From: Deltaproteobacteria bacterium
GTDB lineage: Bacteria; Myxococcota_A; UBA9160; JAFDDA01
Reading direction: 5' to 3'
DNA length: 64,000 nt
Assembly (NCBI GenBank): GCA_019311105.1
Contig: JAFDDA010000020.1
Location: forward strand, 14,550-78,549
Shown here: positions 27,862 to 37,010 of the stretch, one piece after another
Layout: the number at the start of each line of letters is the position of its first letter
Position numbering within the stretch: the first letter of the stretch is position 1
Translations under genes and position numbers: made by a program
The notes under the pieces: model-generated
Told to the model about the DNA's origin: nothing
Databases searched by the model: none
What the model saw: only the letters and a program-made list of their open reading frames with translations

Positions 27862-28042
27862 ATGCCGCTCTACGCACTCATCGGCCGCGACGGACCGCGC
27901 GGCGCCGAACTTCGCAGTATTCGAGGCGAGCGACCTCGCCGCCGCGCGAGCCCAGGCTGCGGCGGACCCTTACGTCGTCGAAGGGGTCTTCGAGAGCCAC
28001 GAGGTCTTCGAGACCGTCGTGGTCTTCCCCAAGGAGGCCTGA
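27862..28042 (+). pseudogene. YciI-like protein remnant (internal deletion plus frameshift)
   Basis: GGAGAA SD and ATG 27862 give MPLYALIGRDGPRGAELR, a YciI N-terminus. The conserved C-terminus FEASDLAAARAQAAADPYVVEGVFESHEVFETVVVFP lies in the +1 frame and ends at 28042. The span is 181 nt and the roughly 35-aa middle of the family is missing. Confidence 0.45.
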
Positions 28043-28049
28043 CCCCGCT

Positions 28050-28808
28050 CTAGTAGCGGTTGCTCGGGCGATTGCTCGGCCCCGGCCGGCTGTGGCTCGG
28101 GTTCACCGGCGGCCGTTTGACGGCGTCGGGAATCCTCGGCCGTTTGGTCGTGCGCGGCAGTTCGTCCTTGAAGGGTTTCTTCAACGGATCGCTGAGGTCG
28201 TCCTCTTCATCGGTGACCTTGCGCTGCGGCTCGGGCTTGTCGGTCGAGCTCTCCGCCGAACTCGCGTGATCCTTCTTCTTCACCGTCTGCGAGCCGCCGA
28301 AGGTCTTGATGACGACGTTGCCCTCTCGGAGGATCACCGTGGTCACGTAGGTGACCGCCGCGACCAGGGTGTCGAAGATCGTGCCGCGCACCCCGATGGA
28401 GGCCACCGGCGTCTGCACTTCGTAGCTCTCGGGCTCGAGCTTCCCCGAGGTGAAGCGCAGCAGGCCCACGCCCATCTCGATCAGGACCTTGCCCTTGTTG
28501 CTGTTGTCGTTGTAGACGAACTCATCCAGGTGCAGGCGGGAGGCCGGGCCGACGACCAGCTCGGTGTCGTCGTTCAACAGGACCTTGGCGCGCGAACTCC
28601 GGTCGGTCTCGAGCCAGTCGCCCTTGTAGACCGCCTCACCGCGTTCGACCGTACGCGTGTCGGAACCGAGCGTGGCGGAGACCTTGCCTTCGGTCGCGAG
28701 GACCTTCCCGATGGCGTTGGCGCCGCTCTGGGCCGGGTCGTCCGCCTCGGCGGGAGCCGATGCGGCGAGCCAGGGAAGCAAGACCAGGGCGAGAAGGAGC
28801 GGTCGCAT
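28050..28808 (-). CDS. FecR-domain secreted protein with a Lys/Pro/Arg-rich tail
   Basis: MRPLLLALVLLPWLAASAPAEA signal and FecR-type block GDWLETDRSSRAKVLLNDDTELVVGPASRLHLDEF. Start trimmed to ATG 28808. Confidence 0.75.
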   Translation of the reverse strand: MRPLLLALVLLPWLAASAPAEADDPAQSGANAIGKVLATEGKVSATLGSDTRTVERGEAVYKGDWLETDRSSRAKVLLNDDTELVVGPASRLHLDEFVYNDNSNKGKVLIEMGVGLLRFTSGKLEPESYEVQTPVASIGVRGTIFDTLVAAVTYVTTVILREGNVVIKTFGGSQTVKKKDHASSAESSTDKPEPQRKVTDEEDDLSDPLKKPFKDELPRTTKRPRIPDAVKRPPVNPSHSRPGPSNRPSNRY

Positions 28809-28828
28809 GGAAACCCCCGGTCCCGACG

Positions 28829-29518
28829 CTAGGGCGCCAGGACGGTTTCGAGGTCGTTCACGATCAGCCGGGCGTCCAGCAGCCCGACACTGTAGACGTT
28901 GCGAATCTGCAGGAATTCGTCCACCAGAAACACCTTCAGCACGTGGCCGAGCAACCCCGTGTCCGCGCCTTCCGGATCGATCCGACGCATGACGCTTTGG
29001 CCATAGTCGGCCAGCACCGGCCCCAGGGCGGCCTCGTCCGAGGCGGTCACGAAACGCCACTCGCTCGTCGGCGCCAGGTGGCCCCGCAATTCGGCCATCC
29101 GTTCGGGCGTGTCGCGGGCCGGGTCGAAACTCACGGTCACGAGCCGCACCCGACCCGCCAGGCCGGGCCGCCGGGCAAGCTCGCGATCGAGGCGCTGAAG
29201 CGTGGCCAGGGCGAGTGGGCAGCCCTGCCCGCAGTTCGCATAGACGAACGAAACGAGCGCCGCCTGCCCCGGTGCCAGGTCGGGGACCCGCGCCGGCAGG
29301 CCGTGGCTGTCGAGGAGCACGTGGTCGGTCACGCGGCTGATCGCCGGCAGCTCATAGCTCCCGACAGCCGGCGCTTCGTAGAGCGGCGCGGCCTCGCCCG
29401 TGGCCACCGAGGCCGCGGGCGCCGGCTCCTGCGCCGTGCCATGTGCCCAGGCGAGGCCGGGCGCCAGCGCGAAGACCAACGCGAAGGCCGTGGCACGAGG
29501 CGTCCGCCAAGGGCTCAA
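28829..29518 (-). CDS. SCO1/SenC family copper chaperone (thioredoxin fold)
   Basis: FVYANCGQGCP is a CxxxCP motif, with the conserved downstream His in GLLGHVLKVFLVD and a signal peptide. The proposed TTG start at 29518 is uncertain. Confidence 0.8.
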   Translation of the reverse strand: MSPWRTPRATAFALVFALAPGLAWAHGTAQEPAPAASVATGEAAPLYEAPAVGSYELPAISRVTDHVLLDSHGLPARVPDLAPGQAALVSFVYANCGQGCPLALATLQRLDRELARRPGLAGRVRLVTVSFDPARDTPERMAELRGHLAPTSEWRFVTASDEAALGPVLADYGQSVMRRIDPEGADTGLLGHVLKVFLVDEFLQIRNVYSVGLLDARLIVNDLETVLAP

Positions 29519-29535
29519 CGATCGGCCCCGAGTGC

Positions 29536-30849
29536 TCAACGATCCGCGGCCTGGGCGACGGGCGTGCCTGAACCGCCGGCCATGCGGCCGCGGTAGAGAT
29601 CGAGCTTCCCGAAGTTCATGATGTGCGGCCGGCCGAGGCCCTCGGCCCGGAAGTCGAGGGCGAAGGCCGGCTCCAAGGCCTTGCCGTCCCAGCCGAAGAC
29701 CTTCAAGAACTGCTCGTCCTCGTGATTCGTGCCGTCCCAGTTCGCGAGCAACGACGACGTGAAGTAGACGCGCTTCCCGTCCCAGGATTGCGAGACCATG
29801 TTCAACTGGGCGCCGATCTTCTGCTCCAGGACCACGACGGGCTTGCGCGGGTTCGACACGTCGAACACCCGGACCATGCCGTCCATGAAGCTGTCCACGA
29901 ACAGGTGGCGGTCGTCCGCCGAGAGGCTGATGTCCACGGGGAGCGGCACCTTCGCCGGGTCGCCGATGGGCGCGAGATCCACGGCCTCGAAGCTTCCGTC
30001 GTCCTTGCGGAAGATGCCCCAGAGGCGGGAGGTCAGGGCCGTGGTCGTGAAGGCGTAGTGATGCTGGGGCTGCAGCGCCCAGCGGACCTCGAGGGGTGCG
30101 CCAGGCACGTCGAAGGTCTGCAACGGCTTTCGCGCGTGGAAGTCCCAGAGGACCATCGTGTTGCCGAAGTTCTTCATGGCCTCGGCATCCCCGAGGAGTT
30201 CGGCGAGCGGCCGCATGTAGTTCGCGTGCCCGGTGAACGAGGAGGTCAACATGCGATTCAGGTTGGCATTGATGCGGACGTCGTAGCCGTAGACCGCTCC
30301 GGGCGGCAGCCAACGCGCACGAATGAAGTTGCCTTCGTTGCTGTACTCGACGAAGGCCGTCTTGCCATCCCAGTTGTGGGCGTTCGACAGGCCGGTGATG
30401 AGCATCCGACCCGGAAGGGCATAGAAGGTGTGGGGCCCGACGACACCCCCGGTGGTCTGCACGAAATCGCGGATCGTCTTCACGAGCCTTGGCTGGGCTG
30501 GGTTGCTCGCGACGTCGAAGATGAAGATCTCGCTCGTGTCGAGGCCGCCGAGCCAGAGGTGGCTGCGATCGTCGGTGAAACCTCCGTGGTGGGCCTCGTA
30601 GCGGCCGCCGAGCGACGTGCTGGAAACGACCTGCCCATAGTCGGCGCGTGCGGGGTTGGCCCCGACGGTGACGAGCTTGTCCTCGCCGTCGCCGACACCT
30701 TCGATCCCGAGCGTCCAGACGTAGACGAAGTCTTCCTGGCCGGTGACCTTGGCGAGATAGGGCGACTGGCATGTCTCGTCGGCAGCGGCCGGAAGGGCCA
30801 GCGCAACGAATGCGAGAAGAAGTCCTGAGAATCGAGCAAGGCGAAGCAT
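29536..30849 (-). CDS. mtoX: Selenium-binding protein (SBP56) family protein, methanethiol oxidase-like
   Basis: GGAGGAGG SD and MLRLARFSGLLLAFVALALPAAA signal. SBP56 blocks YLAKVTGQEDFVYVW, EAHHGGF and GPHTFYALP. Start trimmed to ATG 30849. Confidence 0.85.
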   Translation of the reverse strand: MLRLARFSGLLLAFVALALPAAADETCQSPYLAKVTGQEDFVYVWTLGIEGVGDGEDKLVTVGANPARADYGQVVSSTSLGGRYEAHHGGFTDDRSHLWLGGLDTSEIFIFDVASNPAQPRLVKTIRDFVQTTGGVVGPHTFYALPGRMLITGLSNAHNWDGKTAFVEYSNEGNFIRARWLPPGAVYGYDVRINANLNRMLTSSFTGHANYMRPLAELLGDAEAMKNFGNTMVLWDFHARKPLQTFDVPGAPLEVRWALQPQHHYAFTTTALTSRLWGIFRKDDGSFEAVDLAPIGDPAKVPLPVDISLSADDRHLFVDSFMDGMVRVFDVSNPRKPVVVLEQKIGAQLNMVSQSWDGKRVYFTSSLLANWDGTNHEDEQFLKVFGWDGKALEPAFALDFRAEGLGRPHIMNFGKLDLYRGRMAGGSGTPVAQAADR

Positions 30850-30909
30850 GACACCTCCTCCCGGTCGGGCGGATGCCCCCGGTTTGACGCGCGTATAGTA
30901 CACCGGCCC

Positions 30910-31872
30910 ATGCCCGAGCTACCCGACGTCGTCGTCTATTGCGAGAGCATCGAGCGCCGGATCGCGGGCGCCCGGCTCGAAGACGTGAGGGTCACGAGCC
31001 CCGCCCTGCTCCGCACCGTCGAGCCCGCGCCGGCCGACCTCATCGGCCTCCGGGCCACGAGCGTCCGCCGGATGGGGAAGCGCATCGTCCTCGCCTTCGA
31101 GGGCGAACTCTTCTTCGTCATCCACCTGATGGTCGCCGGGCGTTTCCGGTGGAAGGAGGGCGCCGCCGCGGTGCCGCGCAAGCTCGGCCTGGCGGGCTTC
31201 ACCTTCGAAACCGGCACGCTGCTGCTGACCGAGGCCGGCACGAAACGACGGGCGTCGCTGCACGTGGTTCGGGGCGGAGAGGCGCTGGCGGAGCTCGACC
31301 CGGGCGGCCTCGAAGTGCTCGAGTGCGGCGCAGACCGCTTTCGGGAGGCCCTGCTGCGCGAGAACCACACGCTCAAGCGATCGCTCACCGACCCGCGGCT
31401 GCTCAGTGGCATCGGCAATGCCTACTCCGACGAGATCCTCCACCGCGCCCGGCTCTCGCCGGTGAAGTGGACGACGCGGCTGTCCGACGACGAGTTCGAG
31501 CGGCTCCATGGAGCGACCTGCGAGGTGCTCGTCGAGTGGACGGAGCGGCTGCGCGCGGAGGCGGAGAAGCGCTTCCCGGAGAAGGTCACGGCGTTCCGCC
31601 CCGAGATGGCGGTGCACGGGCGTCACCGCGAGCCCTGCCCCGTGTGCGGTGACCCGGTGCAGCGGATCGTCTACGCCAGCAACGAGACGAACTACTGCGC
31701 GCGCTGCCAGACGGGAGGGAAGCTGCTTGCCGACCGCGCGCTCTCGCAGCTGCTGAAGAAAGACTGGCCCAAGAGCGTGGAGGAGCTCGAGGCCCGGCGC
31801 TCGGGCCAACCCACGGGCGGGAAACCTCAGTCGGCTGGCGCGCGGTCCGTGCCGTCGAAGGGCGGGAAGTAG
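30910..31872 (+). CDS. Fpg/Nei family DNA glycosylase
   Basis: MPELPDV catalytic N-terminus, H2TH region, zinc finger CPVCGDPV...YCARCQ, and an extra basic tail. Confidence 0.85.
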   Translation: MPELPDVVVYCESIERRIAGARLEDVRVTSPALLRTVEPAPADLIGLRATSVRRMGKRIVLAFEGELFFVIHLMVAGRFRWKEGAAAVPRKLGLAGFTFETGTLLLTEAGTKRRASLHVVRGGEALAELDPGGLEVLECGADRFREALLRENHTLKRSLTDPRLLSGIGNAYSDEILHRARLSPVKWTTRLSDDEFERLHGATCEVLVEWTERLRAEAEKRFPEKVTAFRPEMAVHGRHREPCPVCGDPVQRIVYASNETNYCARCQTGGKLLADRALSQLLKKDWPKSVEELEARRSGQPTGGKPQSAGARSVPSKGGK

Positions 31873-32279
31873 ACGGCGTAGGCCTTGGCCGGCGCGTCGG
31901 ATTCGTTCACGAAGGCGTGGACCGTGCCGCGCGGGACGTAGAAGATCGAGCCCTCCCCCACGGCGCGCGTCTCGGCGCCGAGCCGCCAGGTTCCGTGGCC
32001 TTCCAACAGGACGACCATCAGGTCGTGGCGGTCGTGCCGGTGCGGCGTCTCGCCCGTGCGGATGGCAACGACGTGGTGACTGCTCTCGGTGTCGCGGCTG
32101 ATCTCCACGACGCGGAACCCCTCGCCCGGGTCGAGGACCGCCCGGTCCGCCAAGGCCTGCAACGGCACCGCGAGACGACCGCCCGGGAAGAACCCGTCGA
32201 AGACGGGCGCTCCGCCGCCCGCGCAGCCGAGCATCAAGGCGGCACCCAGGACCCACAGCACCAGCGTTCGTCGCCTCAA
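31827..32279 (-). CDS. Cupin-domain lipoprotein
   Basis: A TTG start (TTGA overlap with the prpE stop) gives MRRRTLVLWVLGAALMLGC, a lipobox signal. Cupin motifs HRHDRHDLMVVLLEG...VPRGTVHAF. Confidence 0.7.
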   Translation of the reverse strand: MRRRTLVLWVLGAALMLGCAGGGAPVFDGFFPGGRLAVPLQALADRAVLDPGEGFRVVEISRDTESSHHVVAIRTGETPHRHDRHDLMVVLLEGHGTWRLGAETRAVGEGSIFYVPRGTVHAFVNESDAPAKAYAVYFPPFDGTDRAPAD

Positions 32280-34186
32280 GTCTTTGCCTCCCCTCGCGGA
32301 TAGCCGAGCTCACGCAGGGCTTCGGTGATCTCCTCGAGGATCGCTGGGTCGTCGATCGTGGCCGGCAGCTTCCACGGCTCCGCGTCCGCGATCTTGCGCA
32401 TGGTGCCCCGCAACACCTTCCCGGAACGGGTCTTCGGGAGCCGCGCCACGATGCAGGCCTGCTTAAACGCCGCGACTGGGCCGATGACCTCACGCACCCG
32501 CGCCACCAACTCGGCGACGATCTCGCTGGCCTCCCGTTCGACCCCGGCCTTGAGAACGGCGAAGCCGAGGGGGAGCTGCCCCTTGAGCGAATCGCCCACG
32601 CCGATCACGGCGCACTCGGCAACGTCGTCGTGGCCGGCGAGCACCTCTTCCATCGCGCCGGTCGAGAGCCGGTGGCCGGCGACGTTGATGATGTCGTCGG
32701 TGCGGCCCATGATCCAGAGGTAGCCATCCTCGTCCACGTGGCCGGCGTCGGCCGTCTCGTAGTAGCCCGGGTAGGTCGCGAGGTACTTCTCGCGAAATCC
32801 CTCTTCGTCGTTCCAGAGCGTCGGAAGGCAGCCGGGCGGGAGCGGGAGCTTCACGACCACGCGGCCGGTTTCACCCGCCGGCAAGGGCTCGCCTTCGTCG
32901 CTCAGGATCCGCACGTCCCAGCCGGGAACGGCGCGAGTCGGCGAGCCGTGTTTCACGGGCAGGGCCTCGAGGCCCATGCAGTTTGCCGCGATGGGCCAGC
33001 CCGTCTCGGTCTGCCACCAGTGATCGATCACGGGGACGCCGAGGGTCCGTTCCGCCCAGCTGACCGTCGCGGGGTCGGCGCGCTCACCCGCCAGGAAGAG
33101 TGTGCGGAACCCCGAGAGGTCATGGGCGCTGACGAGCCCGCCATCCGGGTCCTCGCGGCGGATCCCTCGCAGGGCAGTCGGTGCCGTGAAGAGCGCGTCG
33201 ACGCCGTGCTCGGCGATGACCCGCCAGTAGGCACCGGCATCGGGCGTGCCGACGGGTTTGCCTTCGTAGAGGATCGTCGTGCAGCCGAGAAACAGCGGCG
33301 CGTAGACGATGTAGGAGTGCCCGACCACCCAACCGATGTCCGAGGCCGCCCAGAAGACGTCCCCGGGGTTCATGCCGTAGACGTTCGTCATACTCCAGTG
33401 CAACGCGACCAGGTGGCCGCCCGTGTCGCGTACGACCCCTTTCGGCATGCCGGTGGTGCCCGACGTGTAGAGAACGTAGAGCGGGTCGGTGGCCGCCACG
33501 GGGACGCAGTCCGCCGGCTCGGCGCCGTCGAGAAAGGCTTCCCAGTCGAGGTCGCGCGGCGCCACGAGGGGTGCTTCGTGTTCGGGGCGCTGCACGACGA
33601 CCGAACGCTCCGGCGCGTGCTTCGCGAGCGCGAGGGCGCCGTCGAGCAGCGGCTTGTACTCGATGACCCGACCGGGCTCGATGCCGCAGGACGCGGAAAT
33701 GACCAGCTTCGGTTTCGCATCGTCGATGCGGCTCGCGAGTTCACTCGAAGCGAAGCCCCCGAAGACCACGGAGTGCACGGCGCCAAGCCGCGCGCAGGCC
33801 AACATCGCAACCGCCGCCTCGGGGATCATCGGCATGTAGAGGAGCACGCGGTCGCCGCGCCCGACCCCGAGCCGTGCGAGCCCGCCCGCTGCCACGGCGA
33901 CCCGGCCGAGCAGGTCGGCGTAGCTGAACGTCTGGGCCCGACCGGTGACCGGGCTGTCGTAGACGAGCGCGGTTCGCTCGCCATGCCCCGCAGCCACGTG
34001 GCGATCGAGCGCGTTGTGGCACGTGTTCGTCTCACCGCCCCGGAACCAGCGGTGGAAAGGCGGGCGCGAGTCGTCGAGCACGCGGTCCCAGCGCCGCGTC
34101 CAGTCGATGCCCTCGGCCGCCTCGCCCCAGAACGCTTCCGGGTCTTCCAGGGAGAGTCGCCACGCCCGCTCGTACTCACCGCTCAT
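32276..34186 (-). CDS. prpE: Propionate--CoA ligase / acyl-CoA synthetase (PrpE-like)
   Basis: MSGEYERAWRLSLEDPEAFWGEAA..WFRGGETNTCHNALDRH and the AMP-binding motif YTSGTTGMPKG. Start trimmed to ATG 34186. Confidence 0.85.
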   Translation of the reverse strand: MSGEYERAWRLSLEDPEAFWGEAAEGIDWTRRWDRVLDDSRPPFHRWFRGGETNTCHNALDRHVAAGHGERTALVYDSPVTGRAQTFSYADLLGRVAVAAGGLARLGVGRGDRVLLYMPMIPEAAVAMLACARLGAVHSVVFGGFASSELASRIDDAKPKLVISASCGIEPGRVIEYKPLLDGALALAKHAPERSVVVQRPEHEAPLVAPRDLDWEAFLDGAEPADCVPVAATDPLYVLYTSGTTGMPKGVVRDTGGHLVALHWSMTNVYGMNPGDVFWAASDIGWVVGHSYIVYAPLFLGCTTILYEGKPVGTPDAGAYWRVIAEHGVDALFTAPTALRGIRREDPDGGLVSAHDLSGFRTLFLAGERADPATVSWAERTLGVPVIDHWWQTETGWPIAANCMGLEALPVKHGSPTRAVPGWDVRILSDEGEPLPAGETGRVVVKLPLPPGCLPTLWNDEEGFREKYLATYPGYYETADAGHVDEDGYLWIMGRTDDIINVAGHRLSTGAMEEVLAGHDDVAECAVIGVGDSLKGQLPLGFAVLKAGVEREASEIVAELVARVREVIGPVAAFKQACIVARLPKTRSGKVLRGTMRKIADAEPWKLPATIDDPAILEEITEALRELGYPRGEAKT

Positions 34187-34985
34187 CGGGGTCGGCCCTC
34201 CTTCGTCCTGTTTCTTTGGCCTTGGCTTCCTGCCAGAGGGCGTCGATCTCGTCGTCGGGGGCGTCCGCCGGTGTGCGGCCGGATTCGGCCAGGCGCGCCT
34301 CCAGGTGGCGGAAGCGCGCCTCGACCCGGGCGTTGGTCGCGCGCAGCGCGGCCTCGGGGTCGACCCCGCACTCGCGGGCCAGGTTCGCCGCCACGAAGAG
34401 CAGGTCGCCGAGCTCGCGCCCGGCACCGGCATCATCCCCGGCGGCCAGTTCGACGCGGACCTCTTCGATCTCCTCGTCGATCTTCGCCATCATCCCCGCG
34501 CGGTCGCGCCAGGCGAACCCGGCGCCGCCCATCCGACGTTGCAGCTTCGCGGCGCGAACCAGGGCCGGGAACCCACGCGGCAGGTCATCGAGAGCGCTGG
34601 CTCGCTGGCCCGAAGCCGCGGCGGCTTCCGCGCGCTCGGCGGCCTTGTGCTCCTCCCAGGAAGGGCTCGGCGCGCCGGGGTCGGCAAAGACGTGGGGGTG
34701 GCGGCGGACGAGCTTCTCGCAGATCCCGTCCACCACCGCCGCGAAGTCGAAGGCGCCTTCCTCCTCGGCCATGCGCGCGTGGAAGACGACCTGGAAGAGC
34801 AGGTCTCCGAGTTCGCCGCGGAGCGCTTCGCGATCGCCGCCTTCGATCGCATCGGCGACCTCGTAGGCTTCTTCCACCGTGTAGGGGGCGATGGTCTCGA
34901 AGCGCTGGGCCACGTCCCACGGGCAACCCTTCTCGACGTCGCGCAGACGGGTCATGATCTCGAGGAGCCGGGTGATGTCGCTCAT
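34176..34985 (-). CDS. mazG: Nucleoside triphosphate pyrophosphohydrolase MazG
   Basis: LRDVEKGCPWDVAQRFETIAPYTVEEAYEVADAIE, with two MazG repeats. Start ATG 34985. Confidence 0.9.
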   Translation of the reverse strand: MSDITRLLEIMTRLRDVEKGCPWDVAQRFETIAPYTVEEAYEVADAIEGGDREALRGELGDLLFQVVFHARMAEEEGAFDFAAVVDGICEKLVRRHPHVFADPGAPSPSWEEHKAAERAEAAAASGQRASALDDLPRGFPALVRAAKLQRRMGGAGFAWRDRAGMMAKIDEEIEEVRVELAAGDDAGAGRELGDLLFVAANLARECGVDPEAALRATNARVEARFRHLEARLAESGRTPADAPDDEIDALWQEAKAKETGRRRADPDER

Positions 34986-35016
34986 GCGGGCCGACAGCGT
35001 GGTATAACGTGGCGCC

Positions 35017-36987
35017 GTGGCGCAACCCCCGCCCGATGAATCCACCGCAGTTCTCTGGCAGCCGAGCGAGGAGCGCGTTCGTGCGACCGGGCTCGATCGC
35101 TTCCGTCGGCAGATGGAGGGAGCCCACGGGCCGCTCCCTGACTACGCCGCGCTCTGGCGCTGGTCGGTGGCGGAGCCCGAGGCCTTCTGGTGCGCGGTCT
35201 GGGACGAGGCGGGAGTCGTCGGCGACCGGGGTGCCGCGACGGTGCTCGACCGCGAGCGGATGCCCGGGGCGCGCTGGTTCCCCGAGGCCCGTCTGAACTT
35301 CGCCGAGAACCTCCTGCGACGGCGCGACGAGAGCCCGGCGATGATCTTTCGCGGCGAGGACGGGGTGCGGCGCGAGGTTTCCTGGCGCGAACTCTGGCGG
35401 GACGTCTCGCGGCTCCGTCGGGCCTTCGAGGCCCACGGGCTTCGCCCCGGCGAACGTGTCGCGGCGTGGCTCCCGAACGTGCCCGAAGCCGTGGCCGCGA
35501 TGCTGGCGGCGACGAGCCTCGGCGCGACGTTCACCTCGTGCTCTCCGGACTTCGGCGCCCGGGGCGTGCTCGACCGCTTCGGTCAGGTAGAGCCCCGCCT
35601 CCTCCTCGCAGTCGACGGCTACGTCTACGCCGGCAAGCGCCACGACGTGCGCGCGAAGCTCGCCGAAGTGGTCGCCGCGCTGCCCTCGGTGGAACGGACC
35701 GTGGTCGTCCCCTACGCCGGAGGCGAAGGCTCGCTCGCAGGCGTCCGCGACGCGGTCTGGCTGGATGACTTCCTGGCCGGCCACGAAGCGGGCGAGATCG
35801 AATTCGTGCGCCTGCCCTTCGACCATCCCCTCTACGTGCTCTACTCCTCGGGCACCACCGGCCCGCCCAAGTGCATCGTTCACGGCGCGGGTGGGACGCT
35901 CCTTCAACACCTGAAGGAACACCGGCTCCACACGGACGTCCGCCCGGGTGACGGCCTCTTCTACTTCACCACGCTCGGCTGGATGATGTGGAACTGGCTC
36001 GTCTCGGGCCTCGCCTCGGAGGCGACGCTCCATCTGTACGACGGCTCCCCCTTCCACGCCGAGCCGACCGTGCTCTTCGACTATGCCGAGCAGGAGCGCA
36101 CGGCGATCTTCGGCACCTCGGCCAAGTTCCTCGACGCCGCGCGCAAGGCCGGCCTCGACCCGGCGCGCAGCCACGACCTGTCGAACCTCCGCTCGATCCT
36201 CTCCACGGGCTCGCCGCTCGCACCGGAGAGTTTCGACTGGGTCTACGAGCATGTGAAGGCGGATGTGCAGCTCGCGTCGATCTCCGGGGGCACCGACATC
36301 GTCTCGTGTTTCGTGGCCGGCGACCCGACAGCGCCCGTTCACCGCGGCGAGATCCAGGCACGCGCCCTCGGCATGGCCGTCGACGTCTTCGACGACGCAG
36401 GCCAGCCCCTGGTCGGACGGACGGGCGAGCTGGTCTGCACCGAGAGCTTCCCGTCCATGCCCCTCGGCTTCTGGGACGACCCCGGCGACGCTCGCTATCG
36501 GGCCGCCTACTTCGAGCGCTTCCCTGGCGTTTGGCATCACGGCGACTTCGTCGAGCTCACCGAGCGCGGCAGCCTGGTGATCCAAGGTCGCTCCGACGCA
36601 GTGCTGAACCCGGGTGGCGTGCGGATCGGAACGGCCGAGATCTATCGGCAGGTGGAGGGGCTCGACTTCGTCGAGGAGGCGCTGGTGGTCGGGCAGGATT
36701 GGGATGGCGACGTGCGGGTCGTGCTGTTCGTGAAGCTCGCCAGCGGCGTGCGTCTCGACGACGCGCGGGTGGCGGAGATCCGCCAGCGAATCCGCACCCA
36801 CGCCACGCCGCGCCACGTCCCCGCGCGGGTCCTGGCCGTGCCCGACATCCCGCGGACGCGCAGCGGGAAGATCGTCGAACTCGCGGTGCGGGAAGTCCTG
36901 CACGGCCGGCCGGTGAAGAACCTCGAAGCTCTCGCCAACCCCGAAGCCCTCGATCACTTTCGGGATCGGCCGGAGCTCACGAGCTAG
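35017..36987 (+). CDS. Acetoacetate--CoA ligase (acetoacetyl-CoA synthetase)
   Basis: [22 protein letters not shown]...[13 protein letters not shown]-terminus, [14 protein letters not shown], 656 aa. Confidence 0.9.
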   Translation: MAQPPPDESTAVLWQPSEERVRATGLDRFRRQMEGAHGPLPDYAALWRWSVAEPEAFWCAVWDEAGVVGDRGAATVLDRERMPGARWFPEARLNFAENLLRRRDESPAMIFRGEDGVRREVSWRELWRDVSRLRRAFEAHGLRPGERVAAWLPNVPEAVAAMLAATSLGATFTSCSPDFGARGVLDRFGQVEPRLLLAVDGYVYAGKRHDVRAKLAEVVAALPSVERTVVVPYAGGEGSLAGVRDAVWLDDFLAGHEAGEIEFVRLPFDHPLYVLYSSGTTGPPKCIVHGAGGTLLQHLKEHRLHTDVRPGDGLFYFTTLGWMMWNWLVSGLASEATLHLYDGSPFHAEPTVLFDYAEQERTAIFGTSAKFLDAARKAGLDPARSHDLSNLRSILSTGSPLAPESFDWVYEHVKADVQLASISGGTDIVSCFVAGDPTAPVHRGEIQARALGMAVDVFDDAGQPLVGRTGELVCTESFPSMPLGFWDDPGDARYRAAYFERFPGVWHHGDFVELTERGSLVIQGRSDAVLNPGGVRIGTAEIYRQVEGLDFVEEALVVGQDWDGDVRVVLFVKLASGVRLDDARVAEIRQRIRTHATPRHVPARVLAVPDIPRTRSGKIVELAVREVLHGRPVKNLEALANPEALDHFRDRPELTS

Positions 36988-37010
36988 CGGCCGGCCCGCT
37001 GGATGCTCGG

